From: Hypanus sabinus
Taxonomy: Eukaryota
NCBI RefSeq assembly: GCF_030144855.1
Contig: NC_082714.1
Location: forward strand, 94,488,001-94,552,000
Length of the DNA stretch: 64,000 nucleotides
Direction: 5' to 3'
Shown: positions 49,780 through 62,700 of the stretch, one piece after another
Layout: every line of letters begins with the position of its first letter
Position numbering within the stretch: position 1 is the stretch's first letter
The notes under the pieces: generated by a model
The model's database searches: none
The model's input: the letters and a program-made list of their open reading frames with translations, nothing else
What the model was told of the DNA's origin: nothing
Position numbers and translations under genes: made by a program

Positions 49780-51420
49780 CACAAGTAGGGTAGTTTTGGA
49801 AACTATGATAGTTAAAGAAGAGGAAGTACTAGCGCTTTTAAAGAATATAAAGGTGAATAAGTCTCCGGGTCCTGACAGGATATTCCCTAGGACCTGAGGG
49901 TAGTTAGTGTAGAAATAGCGGCGGTTCTGACAGATATATTTCAAATGTCATTAGAATCAGGGATGGTGCCAGAGAATTGGCGTATTGCTCATGGGGTTCC
50001 ATTGTTTAAAAAGGGTTCGAAGAGTAAATCTAGCAGTTATCGGCCTGTACGTTTGACGTCAGTGGTGGGTAAATTAATCGAAAAAACTCTTAGATATGGT
50101 ACATATAATTATATGGATAGACAGGGTCTGATTAGGAGCAGTCAACATGAACCCGTGCGTGGAAGGTCATGTTTGACAAATGTTATTGCATTTTTTGAAG
50201 AGGTTACTGGGAAAGTTGACGAGGGCAAGGCAGTGGATGTTGTCTATTTGGACTTCAGCAAGGCCTTTGACAAGTTTCCACACAGAAGGTTAGTTAGGAA
50301 GGTTCAATCGTTAGGTATTAATATTGAAGTAGTAACATGGATTCAACAGTGGCTGGATGGAAGATGCCAGAGAATAGTGGTGGATAACCGTTTGTCAGGT
50401 TGGAGGCCAGTGACTAGTGGTGTGCCTCAGGGATCTGTACTGGGTCGAATGTTGTTTGTGATATACATTAATGATTTGGATGATGGGGTGGTAAATTGCA
50501 TTAGTAAGTATGCTGATGATACCAAGGTAGGTGGCGTTGTGGATAATGAAGTAGGTTTTTAAAGCTTTCAGAGTGATTTATGCCAGTAAGAAGACTGGGC
50601 TAAAATATTGCAGGTGGATTTTAATGCTGATAATTGTGAGGTGCTACATTTTGGTAGGACTAATCAAAATAGGACATACATAGTAAATGGAAGGGCATTG
50701 AGGAATGTAGTAGAACAGAGTGATCTAAGAATAACGGTGCATAGGTCCCTGAAGGTGGAATCTCATGTGGATAAGGTGGTGGAGAAACCTTTTGGTATGC
50801 TGGCCTTTAAAAAACAGATCATTGAGTATAGGAGTTGGGATGTTAAAATAATACCAGGAATTGGTGAGGCTAAATTTGGAGTATTGTGTACAGTTCTGGT
50901 CATCGAACTATAGGAAACAGCCAACAAAATAGCGAGAGTACAGAAGAGATTTATTGGAATGTTACCTGGATTTCAGCACCAATGTTACAGAGAAAGATTG
51001 AACAAGTTAGGTCTTTGTTCTTTGGAGCATAGAAGGTTGAGGGGGACAATAGCGGCATTTAAAATTATGAGGGGGATAGATAGTGTTGACGTGTATAGGC
51101 ATTTTTCCATTGAGAGTAGGGGAGATTCAAACAAAAGGACATGATTTAAAAGTTAAGGGGCAAATGTTTAAGGGGAACACGAGGGGGAAATTCTTTACTC
51201 AGAGAGTGGTAACTCTTGGAACGAACTTACAGTAGAAGTGGTAGGGGCAGGTTCGATTTTGTCACTTATAAAAAAATGGGTAGGTATATGGACAGGAAAG
51301 CAATGGAGGGTTATGGACTGAGTGCAGGTAGGCGCGACTAGGTGAGAGTAAGCGTTCGGCACGGACTAGAAGGGCCGACATAGTCTTTTTCCGTGTTGTA
51401 ATTGTTATATGGTTATATGG
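49780..51420 (+). mobile_element. CR1 LINE, RT open over 205 aa (49945-50562), 3' tail present
   Basis: [46 protein letters not shown]. Confidence 0.92.
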
Positions 51421-53341
51421 GAGAAAAATAGAGAGAGGCGCACAGCGTGTAATTTAGAGCACTCAATTCAGAGTATACACCAATTCATCTTCTTCTCGAA
51501 TGGTATTAAAAAATATGGGTGGAATGAGCCGGCAGTAGTGCAGCTGAGGTATCGAATGGGAGGCCTCATTCAGCGGTGTCAGTCTCCATGATATTATTAT
51601 CTGACGTAAACTCCTCCACGTAAAACAATACCATTCTATTTCAAAAGACTACATTTTAAAAAAATCATCATGGGATCGTGTGGAGTCATTCGTGAAAAGG
51701 TATCATTCAATGCACGGCCTTAATCTGTTAGTTTCAAAATTTACCGTTAGAATATTTACTTTGAATGCAGTTGAAATCTAAAACATCTAAGAGACGACAT
51801 GGACCCATCACAAATATTCTGAAATGTGGAATTATATAAAACATATTTGGAGACAAATGTCAGCACAACGTTTGACCAAATTATGGGATTTGATCTTCTA
51901 AAATCCCTTTGATTTTATACTGTGTCACGGCATAATATAACAAAATTGGATTGTCGTTGGAATAGTTGACTTCTTGGTTGAGAAGATGAGGATTATAGTA
52001 AAACTTCCATTTTAAATCTGACTTCTAGAGACTGTAAATCTATCGGCGTTTTTTTTGGGTTGAAGAAAAGATGCAGGGCAGTTTATACTGGATTATAAAT
52101 TGACAATTTATAAGAAAATAAAATTTTGTTCATCTTTGCGTTTCTTTAGAGCAAAGGAAACTAAAATGATCTCAAAATCGCCAAAGAATGATCTATCTAT
52201 TTAGGAGAAATTCTGGGAGAGTAAGATTAACGTAAATAAATACTGTTGGTGAAATTGACAAACTTAAAAGAAGTGTAAAGTTCCTGAGGGGAAAAAAATA
52301 ATCCAGGGTAATTATGGATGTTGTAGATATACTGGTTGTCATCTTCCCAAATGCTGCAGATATTCCTACAGATTCAAATAGAATATATGTTTACAAAACA
52401 GAAGAAAAATATATACCAACTCTAGTCGACCAAACATTAATGGCAAGGAAATTGCTAAAATCTGCTCATAAAGACGTGGTATTTAGGAAAATATAATTTC
52501 GATTTGATGGAGATACTATAGATTCATCAGAGTGAAACTTGATTGACAACTCAACAGTTAGAGTATAAAGTCACTTAACAGATAAAAGCGAACAATTTAA
52601 CCTGTTACTTTATGAAAACAGATGATAAGGCGTCACAGGAAATGATTAAACTTAATATGATATATGGTCATGGATTGATGTTTTGTTAACGGAAATAAAA
52701 CATACTTAACAAAAGGTGAAAAGTATATAAGTGAATGCTCAAGGTACAAAGAAAATGAAATGCAATGCTGAAAAATGTAAAGTCAAGTACACCAGTCAAA
52801 GTCTGAAAGATGTTGATTTCAAACAGTACCCGTAGTTAATTGTGAACAAATCATTGAAAATTAATGTGGCGGTACAAGAGGCAAATGGGATGAGAAATAA
52901 CCCGCTTCTTTTGTTGGAAGGAACTGATAACAGAGTTGAAGTTAGGACTAAGGCAATGTCTGTGGCCCTTAGAATAATTGGATGTTATCTCGTAAGAGCT
53001 CCAAAATGTTTTCTGGCTCTCACTGGGTTGATGTTGAGTTAATGATTCGATTCGATTAAAGTATTGAGAATCACGGCCACGCTTTTAAATTGAGTCAACC
53101 ATTCAGAACTAAGTTGACAAGAAAATTCTGCAACCAAATCGTAATAAATCTCCAGATCTTTCTGCGCGTATGGCACAGTAGCTTTAGTATCTGTTCATAT
53201 ATAAAACCGAGCTGAGTCCTTTTTAAATAATAAATTGAAATTCCGGTCTGTGTTTTGTATGGAAAAATAGCACTGAATTGCCAAACCAACCATGCTCTTA
53301 CTTAATGGCAATAAAGATGTAGCATACCGTGTTGTAGTCAC

Positions 53342-53701
53342 AGAGGAAGTGCTTTGCCGGGTGATAAATAAAGTGCAAGGGCCATACGGTTGAGAGAAGC
53401 AAAGCAAGGTGTCTTGACGAAGCCTGTTTCTTGCCTACAGTTAAAGCTGCCTACGCCACACAACGCTTACCACACGTATTCGTCATGGATCACATAATGC
53501 CCTTAGAAGTAAGATACACTCACTGACTTTTAACGTGTAAACAGGAAACCTGTAGCACGAATTAGTACAGTGCGGGACTTTCCACTGACGTATTTTTAAA
53601 TGCAAGACCTAATTTCGGCACCTGACAGGTATTTCGTTTTCTTTCCGAATCCACCAATATCCAGGCAATCTCATGGTGTACAATTCACAGCGAACGGGTC
53701 A
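53342..53701 (+). promoter_or_regulatory. Putative proximal promoter of gene B with ETS/PU.1-type site (AGAGGAAGTG 53342-53351) and E-box CACCTG (53619-53624)
   Basis: Motif matches upstream of the leader ATG in unique sequence. Short motifs like these occur by chance. Confidence 0.3.
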
Positions 53702-53744
53702 ATGGACTTCTTATGGGTCTGCGTCCTGATCTATCTCCTTCCAG
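53702..53744 (+). CDS. Gene B exon 1, signal peptide (MDFLWVCVLIYLLP-)
   Basis: ATG at 53702, 14 mostly hydrophobic codons, phase-1 donor CCAG|GTTAGT. Confidence 0.85.
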
Positions 53745-56700
53745 GTTAGTCATCGTCCTTTCGAATTTGCGGCGCAATTCTGCCGTCAGATTAACTCTTT
53801 AGGATAGATTTTTCCAACCTTTTTCTGTGTCATGGCACAGTACCATTGACCGATGGGTCAATGGACACCAGTGGGAAGCCCCTGTCATGGGGAAAATCGT
53901 TCATCTGATTTTTTCCTCAGCTGAGCAAAGTTCACCTTGTTCCAGCATTACCAGAGCTTCGCGTCAGACCTTAAAATGACTCGCTTGATGTTGATGAAAC
54001 ATCCCATGTTGAGTTATGGAGCAAGAATCGAGAAATACCTCGGCCTCCTTGGTTAAGAGTTAGCCAACAATGAAGATTACTGAAATATTTCTGGATTATT
54101 ATTAGTTTCCCGTAACACCAAATCCCTCTCCCGCCCCGCCTCCCAGGACTTTATTATGCTGCGGGATCCCACCTTTTCTACCACAGTGACGTTGAAATAT
54201 TCTCTTGCAGTTGCAAATGTCCCCCATATTATTTGGCAGTCTCTGTGTCTCGCTCTATTTGTCTATCTGTCTGCCACTCTTTATCTCTATCACTCTCTCT
54301 GCTTGTCTATCTATGTACCCTATCTTTATTTCTCTTTCTTCATCTCTTTACCTTTCCCCCATTCTGTTTGCTCATTTTTAATCCTTACGTTGAAAGTTTC
54401 AATTGACATTATGCATCCTAAAAAAAATAACGATCGCACAATGCATTTTACGCAGAGTCTAGTATTTTGGTTTTACAATAGATTTGATAGATTTGTACCC
54501 TGATACCATTCTGATGAATTTCTTTCTTTCGCAGTCGTTAGCCCTCTGGACGTTTACCACCAGACGCCGTCATCTCAGGTTCTTTCAGTTGGAAGTACCT
54601 TTAAGGTGGATTGCCACACGGGCTGGTTACCAGGTGGGAAAGTTAATTGGTACAAACGGCAGCACCAGGAACATTTACAGTTCGTTTACTCTGTGATGGA
54701 GTACACACCCCCCGCTGGAAGGTTATCGGGACAAGTCAACGCTGAAAGTACTATTTACTCCCTGATTGTTAATGATGTGCAGAGAAATGATTCGGGGTGG
54801 TATTACTGTTCAGCCAAATCATCTACCGAAGAGCCGTTCGTGTTCGGTAACGGTACCAAACTAGTGATTACAGGTTAGCAAAAGGTTATTTGTAAATCAT
54901 TTGGTCAGAAGTTCCTGGTTTTACGCCTAAATAATTGCATTCTTATCCCGATATCCAATTAGGGTCTCCGCGCATTGTTCTCTTAACACCGCCGATGACT
55001 GAAATTCGTAGGGTGAAAACTGTCCAGTTGATGTGCTTGGTGCAAAACGTGGACGTCGATGCCCATATCATACTCTGGAGTGTTTCGGGGCGTAATATCG
55101 AGGGACGAGTGGATTCCGGAACAATAGACCGCGACGGGACACAAAGTTTCAGGAGTCAGATCGGAATTCCGGTGGAGACATGGCGCAGCGGCGCCGTGTG
55201 CACTTGCGCCCTTCGAGTCAACGCGACCGAAAACTTCATTGCTGACAGTGTTTTCCCTAGGAAAGGTAATTATCGCGAATGAGCGGCAATGTGAAACATT
55301 GATGTTTTAACGGTACAGTGCAGAAACCGGCGCTTTGGCTTACTTGGTCCGCGCTGAACTTTTCATCTGCCAGTTCCTATGCAGCCGCACCCGGAGGTTA
55401 GCCCTCTATACCTCAATCCACATACCTGTCCAAATTTCTCTTGAGTATTTATATCGAACTAGCATCCACCAATTCCGCTGGAGCTTATTCCACACTCTCT
55501 TCACCATTTCAGTGAAAAAGGTCCTTCTGAAACATTTAATCTTTTACCCTTATCCCATCACCTCTCGTTCAATTCTCACCCAGTCTCAGCGGAAAACGCT
55601 TATGATTAATGTTTTACTTTGCAAAGAAACTTCGTATATGACGATATGATCTATTCTGGTATTACTATAGTTCTGCCGTTTGTCTCACAATAATTCAATA
55701 TCCCGTTTTTCCGAGTTGTTGCTCAATGTATAGGTCAGTCATAATAACAAATATTAGAATTTGCTTGACATTCTATTCCAATTTCAATTCATCACTTTCA
55801 GCCCTAACATTTATCCGGGGTAACATGTTAACATGCTCTCTCAATATTGCTGCAGAGGGGCAGTCCATTTAAATTTTTTGCTCATACATTCTTTTATAAT
55901 TCAGCTGACTCTCTTTCTCCATCCCTACTTCAACAGCCCTATTTTTCCTGCCATTTTTTTAACTTCTCTGTGATCCAACTTTATTTTGGGTTCACCACGT
56001 AGAAAAACGCAGTTCTGTCCATCTCTGCCGCATCTTTTAGTTATAATATTTACTATTTCCCTTTGAGACCAAATTCTACTTTCTGGTCGCTCAAAATAAT
56101 GTATTTTTTTGTTTTCTGAAATCAAATATTTTGCAACTATTATATAACTTCTGCACACACGTATCTGGCAGAGAAAACAAATTTCATAACCAGAAGAATA
56201 TAAACCGGGCTCATGCTTTAAGTGGACATGGAAATTTCTGCGATTATTCTTCATGTTCCGATGGGCATAGAATCTTACTCATCGACCGTTTCTGGTAGCT
56301 TATTCTCCACCTATTCCAAAACGCTGGACTCACTTTCTACAATGTTCAGATTGTCGAACATTCCGTAACTACTGATATCAATTGGCTCTGGTTTTGAGCT
56401 CCAGAATGAAACCTTTTCTGCTGTGTCCCTTCGACACAGGCAATCCCTACACTTGGCTTTGTAGTCACCGTACTTCTTCAGGACAATTACTTCGCAAAGT
56501 GTACGAGGCTACCTTATCCTCCGCATCAAAACACAATGCTTTTTAATTTTCCGCCAGAAAAAGGAGGAGAAAAAAAATGATATTCCAATGGTCTGAAGGA
56601 CGCCGACAAGATGGACAGAACGTTGAATAGTAATCAAGGGAAATGAACCATAAACACTGTTCGGTATAGAACGCAGGATACTGCACAGTGGAGGCCTTTT

Positions 56701-59700
56701 ATCACACGAAGTTGACTATTTAACCTATTCTAACCCTTCTATATTACACAGCCCTCCATTTTTTCATCATCTATGTGCCCATCTAAGAGTGTTTTAACTG
56801 ACCTTGATGTTTCTGCCTCTCAGACCGCGTTCCATGCACGGTTCACTCTGTATGAAAAAGGTTGCCTCTGACATTTCCCAAATAACCTTAAGATTATACC
56901 GTCTCGATAGGTCGAAACTGCTTCGCTCCTGCGTAAGCTCGAGTTTTTGCGATTAATATGTGATTGGTATCTGACTGTGGACATATCGGTGGGCGATGAT
57001 GACTTGTGTAATCATTGCATACACCACAACTTTCCCTCGTTCCTTACACTGGGGTGATTTTATTCCGAAGCAATGTATCTTTCTGTGCGAAGTAGTCTCT
57101 AGCACTTCATAGCATCTTTCTGCCTATGTATAGTATCCACTTGGTTATCACTGCATCACGATCTTGCTCTCTTTTTGCGCCATAATTTAAGTTAATGTAT
57201 CTTTACATCTCTTTTTTTTATCGTAATGGCATGAGAACCGGTATGGCAGAGATGAAGATGATCCTGCAGGTTTACATAGATGATAGATGTAACATGAGTG
57301 TAAGGTAGGACAAGTCAATTATTGGGTGCACATGGAGACAGAGCAAATAGTTAAATTGTATCACAGAAGCATAATTCAAAAGAACGAAGAATACACGGTT
57401 GAAGGTGCTGTATTAGAATGCGTGTAGCATTCAGGATTATGTGGACGAACTCATGGCGCAATTTTGGATTCGTTTTAATGATGTTGTGGGCATCACGGAG
57501 CGATGGCTGAAAGAAGGCCATAGTTAAGAACTTAACATCAAAGAATATACTATACATCAGGCAGGAAAGTAAAGGCGGTGGTATGGCTCTAATGGGAAGA
57601 GATGAAATTTCATCTTTAGAAAGAGGTGACATAGGGTGGGAGAATGTTGAAACTTTGTGGGTGGAGTTAAGAAACTGCATGCGTGAAAAAAATAATATTA
57701 TGGGAATCATATATTGGCCTCGAAATAGAGCTCAGGATGGGCGTTGAGATTTCCAACGGAGCTGCAAAAGACATGCAATAATATATAATGTCACAATTGC
57801 GATGAGGGTCTTAAATATGCAGAGGGATTGGGAAAATCAGTCGGTGTCGGACCGCAAGAGAGAGAATTTGTTGAATGCCTACGAGAGAGCTTTTTAGAAC
57901 AGCTTGTGCTTTCAGCCTACCTTCGATTCGGTGATGTGCTATGACCCAGATGTTATTAGGGAGCTTAAAATAAAGGAAACCTTTGGAAACAATGACCATA
58001 ATATTATTGAAATCTTACTGCAATTTGAGACGGAGAAGTATAAGCCTGTAATATTTATCACTATCGTAATGGAATAAAGGGAATTAAAGAGAAAGGATCT
58101 TGCCTTGGTGGATTGGAGGAAGAGACTGGTGGAGATGACCGCAGAACAGAGATGTCTGATGTTTCTAGGAATAGTTTACAAGACGCAGGATAGGTATCCC
58201 ACAGAAGAAGAAGTTCACAATTGGCACGGGTAGAGAACCATGGCTGACAAAAGAAGTTAAGGACTGCATAAGAGCCAAGGAAATTGCGTATAACGTAGCA
58301 GAAGTTAATGGGTAGTTGGATGACTGGGGAACATTGAACATAAAACGTAAGGCAACTAAAACGCTACAAGAAGGGAAAAGAGGAAATATAAAGGCAGAAT
58401 AGCCAATACTATAAACCGGGATGCTTAACGTGTTTTTTAGAATGAAAGGGAAGTAGTAGTTGATATAGTACAACTAGATAATGATGCTGCTGAGATAGTA
58501 ATGAGAAAGAAAGACATGGCAGATGAACTTGGTGGGCACTTTGCATCAGTCTTCTCTGTGGAAGATGCTAGCAGTGTCCCAGTAGTCCGTGATTGTTAGC
58601 GAGTCGGAGTTTGTGCCATTGCTATTACAAAGGAAAAATGGTAGGCAAACTGAAATGTCTTATGGTAAATAGTCACCTTGATCTGATGGACTACATCCCA
58701 GAGTCCGGAAAGAGGATGTGGAAGAGATAACTAATGCATTTGTCGTGATACTTCATATATCTCTTTATTCTGGCATGGTATTAGAGCACTAGAATATTGC
58801 AAATGTCACTCCACTCTTTAAGAATCGAGGTAGGCAAAAAGAACGAAAATTATAGTCCAGTTAGCCTCATCCCATTTATTGGGCAAGCATTGCAGTCTAT
58901 TATTAAGGATGACTTGTCGGGATGCTGAAAGACTAATGGGAAAATAAGTCAATGTCAGCATGGCTCCTGTCAATGAAAACTTTCCTCACAAAGCTGTTAG
59001 AGTTCTGCGAGGAATTAACAAGCTGGGCAGACAAAGGAGTGGGAACACGATGGAATCTTATGGCTTTGCAGGAAAGATGCGGCATGGATAGAGGATTTGC
59101 TGACAGGCTGGAGACAGCGAGTGGGAATAAAGGAGGTATTTTTGGTTGGCTGCCTATGAATATTGTTGTTCCTGGGGGAACAGTATTGGGACAGCAGCTT
59201 TTGTTATTTTTGACAATGATTTGGATAATAGGATTTATGGCTTTGTGGCAAAGTTTCGGATGATACAAAGATAGGTGAAGGGTAGATAGTGCTGAGGAGG
59301 CAATGCCAAAACAACAGAACTTAGAAAATTGGGAGAGTGGGCAAAAAAGTGGCAGATGGAATACAGTTTTGGGAAATATATGATAATGCATTTACGTAAA
59401 ATGAAAGATATGGTGGACTTTCTAAATGGTGAGAAATTTCAATTATCAGAGGTGCAGAGAGACCAAGACTCCTGGAAGGTTGATTTACACATTTACAGAG
59501 TCTATGGTAAAGAAGACAAATACAATGTTGTACATATTTCAAGGAAAATAGAATATAAAAGCAAACAAATAATGTTCAGGCTTTATGAGAGACTATTCAG
59601 CCCTCACTTAAAGTATTGTTCACAGTTTAAGGCCGCATCTCACAGAAATGATGGGTTGTCGTTGGAGAGTGTCCACAGAAAATTCATGAGGTTGAATCCA

Positions 59701-62700
59701 GGAATGAAGCGGTTAAGATACGAGGAGGGGTTGGCAACGTTGGGCCTGTACTCACTGTAAATTAGAAGAATACGGCGGGATCTAATTTAAACCTATTGTA
59801 TGTTGAAAGCGCTAGATAGGGTCGATGTGGAGAGGATATTTCCTATGGTGGGACTATCCAGAACTAGAGGACACAGCCTCAAAATTCAGAGCAGATCTTT
59901 TAGAACAGAGGGAAAAAGGTTTACTTTTATCCAGAGAGTAGTGATTCGGTGGAATGGCTCTGCCACATTCTGCATTGGAGGCTGAGTCTGTGAATATACT
60001 TAGGCCGCAATTTGATAGTTTCCTGATCGGTCATTCATCAAAGGTTGTAGCGAGGAGCCAGGTGTATGGGGTGAAGCGAGATTGTCGTGGTTACTTGAAA
60101 TGACCAGGAGACGCAGACAATTCTTCGAGAAGTTTAAACCTTCATTTGCAAACAAAGGCTGAGGCAATCTATGAATCAATCGAGGGGGAGCATAGATCTC
60201 AGACCACTCTCCTGTCCGAACAGCCACCAGGTGTCTGCTAATGGGATAGTCTGAGTGTCCAATGCACCCTCGGGAGGAGGGATAGCAGTAGTATGTTTTT
60301 TTACCTGGGGTTACTTCCCACGTCTGAGTGCAGTTGCCTTCAAATCTCTCATAGCCAACAATCGTCCCGTTGTTACTTCCTCGAAGCCTCTAATCCACTT
60401 TCCTGCTGCCTCGTGCAGAATAGGCAAAGCATTGTTCTGCCCTTCCAGGACCTGGGATCCCCAAGGGATATACTGTACTTGTCCTGATCCTTTTACCAGC
60501 AATGGCAGCATCTCCTTCTCCCCGTTCCTTGTAAACAAGCTTCCTTCCTCACCTGATTCTTCATCTATTGCTGACCCTATTTCTACTGGCTGCCACTCAT
60601 ACCTCCTTGGGGTATACCTTCTCCCTTGCTCCCTCTCCTTTAGTCTCCTCTTCCATCTCCAATATCTGCCTCTCCGTCCTCTCTCGTGCTTCTTCCAAAC
60701 TCTCGTCTCCTACCTTCCTCCATCTTCCTCTCAGCTCACTCCGTTCTTACCGTCTGGATGATTCCCTTCTAGTCTATCCGTCTCTACAGTTCAACCGATA
60801 CTCCTCATATTCCCTTTTCTCTCTCAGCTGCTGTAGCCTTTCCACTTCTCTTACCATCTCCTTTCTTTCCTGTTCCAAACTCATCTTTTCTTCCTCTGTC
60901 TCATTCCTCAGCACCTCTCTCACCCTTTCATATTTCCTTCTTTCCTGCTCAGGGTCCCAGACCTCTACTTCCCCCTGCAGGCTTACTGTTCCATATATTA
61001 TGGGTACTGCTTGGGTGTTCCCTGTTCATAATAGGGAGGGGGTCTTTCTACTTCTTTCAGATCTGGGTATGGAGCTGAAGCCGTTCCTGTTAGGCTTTTC
61101 CTCTCCCCCACCAGACTGTTTTTCCTGTTTCCTTGTGACTTTTTCGTTTATTATCAATACCCTGCCTGCTTTCTCAATCTCTCTCCCTCCATCCTAAAAA
61201 GTTTCAATACTTCCATCTCCTGTTCTCTCCTTTCCTCCCTTTTCTTGGACATCGTTTGGTTTATGATTTCTAATTAGTGCTTCCATCTCTTCCCACAGGC
61301 TTACATCGAATATCCTTTCTTTTGGCCATTTCGTGCGCAGGTTTTTGGTTCTTTTTTCCCATTTCTCTGAAATTGCAATAATCTCACCTGTACTTACCGG
61401 AAATCTCTTGCACAGTATGTCTACTGCTGTTCCTTTTTCTTCCGCCATGTTATTTTCTTCTTCTGTTAGGTATTATTTCTTAAAAAGTCTCACAGTTCAA
61501 ATACTTCCCCGACCCTATCTCTACGCCTGGCCCTACAGTTTATTCTACCAGCGTTCAAGCAATTTATCAAATTCTTCTTACCTTCTATTTCGTTCTGCCC
61601 GAGCAGCCCTCAACCTATGGCGGTATTCAGAGAACATTCTCTTCACTTTGCCTGCCCGGTCAGCCCCTCGTTTCGTGCGAAGCGGTATCCACAGGGACTT
61701 ACCAACACCACGTGGAATTTTCTGTACTCAACTTATTATTACCTTATTCGTACTTACTCCCCACTGCAGTGTTCTCGATCAATATTCTGAGCCTCCTTTC
61801 ATACTCCCAATTCTGCCAGATTCTTTGGATCGGAGAGACCCTTCGGCAGTTGCTGCACACTTCTGAGTCCCCGAGACCCCCAAAACCAACAGAATTTTAG
61901 TCCAAATTGTCGGAAAAAGCGCTTACCTATTTTTCTGGCTGCACCCGTAATTCTGTTAGCTCTGTGAGGGCTCCCGAGGGACCAGAAAGCGGCCTCAGCC
62001 CGCCGAATTCTTTTCGCGGGTCTCTTTCCGATCCGGTTTGTGACGCCAATTTTGTCGTGGTTACTTGAAATGACCAGGAGACGCAGACAATCCTTCGAGA
62101 AGTTTAAACCTTTATTTGCAAACAAAGGCTGAGGCAATCAATGGACTTGTCACCGAAAGCCCGCCGAGCTCCGGTGTACAGCATTCTTTATAGTAATTTC
62201 TTATCTCAGTTACATTTCGGTTTTATCAGCATACCCAATCAATTTTTAGTTACATATCATCTATACATTAACTAATTAAAGGCTCTTGCCTAGCTCTCGG
62301 TGCGCCACCAGTATTTCTTTCCAGTTCACATCTTGGGCGTCATTCCTGGTCACGGTTGTTTCTCAGTCAACCTCCCTTAACCTCCCTCACATTACAGTTT
62401 CTGTTCATACCATCCTGTCTGCCACCGTTATCTCTTCAGAAGCCATTCTATTGTATAATATCTGGAGTACATTTCAGCTAATTAGTGCTGCTAAGGCTAA
62501 ACAGATGTTCTTTAACTGCCACAATTTGTAACTAAGAGAATACAAGGTATCTATTAAATCAATACATAGCAAAATGTGTCTAGTAAAATAATACATAGTA
62601 ATATTCAGTACATAGGAATGATTACATAGTATAGTAATAGCTAGTACAAAGTGATTATATTTCAGGTATATATAGTGATTATTTCAGGTATATTTCTCAA

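Noticed and set aside
49573-49780. Possible LINE ORF1 coiled-coil fragment 5' of the CR1
   Set aside because: Too degenerate to assign without a search.
54182-54188. RSS heptamer CACAGTG in the leader-V intron of gene B (others at ~35234, ~36907 and CACTGTG at 14461)
   Set aside because: No nonamer at 12 or 23 bp, and not adjacent to any coding-segment end. Most lie inside TEs.
60568-61197. 209-aa Ser/Leu-rich plus-strand ORF (also 15779-16198)
   Set aside because: Antisense of purine-rich gag or low-complexity sequence.
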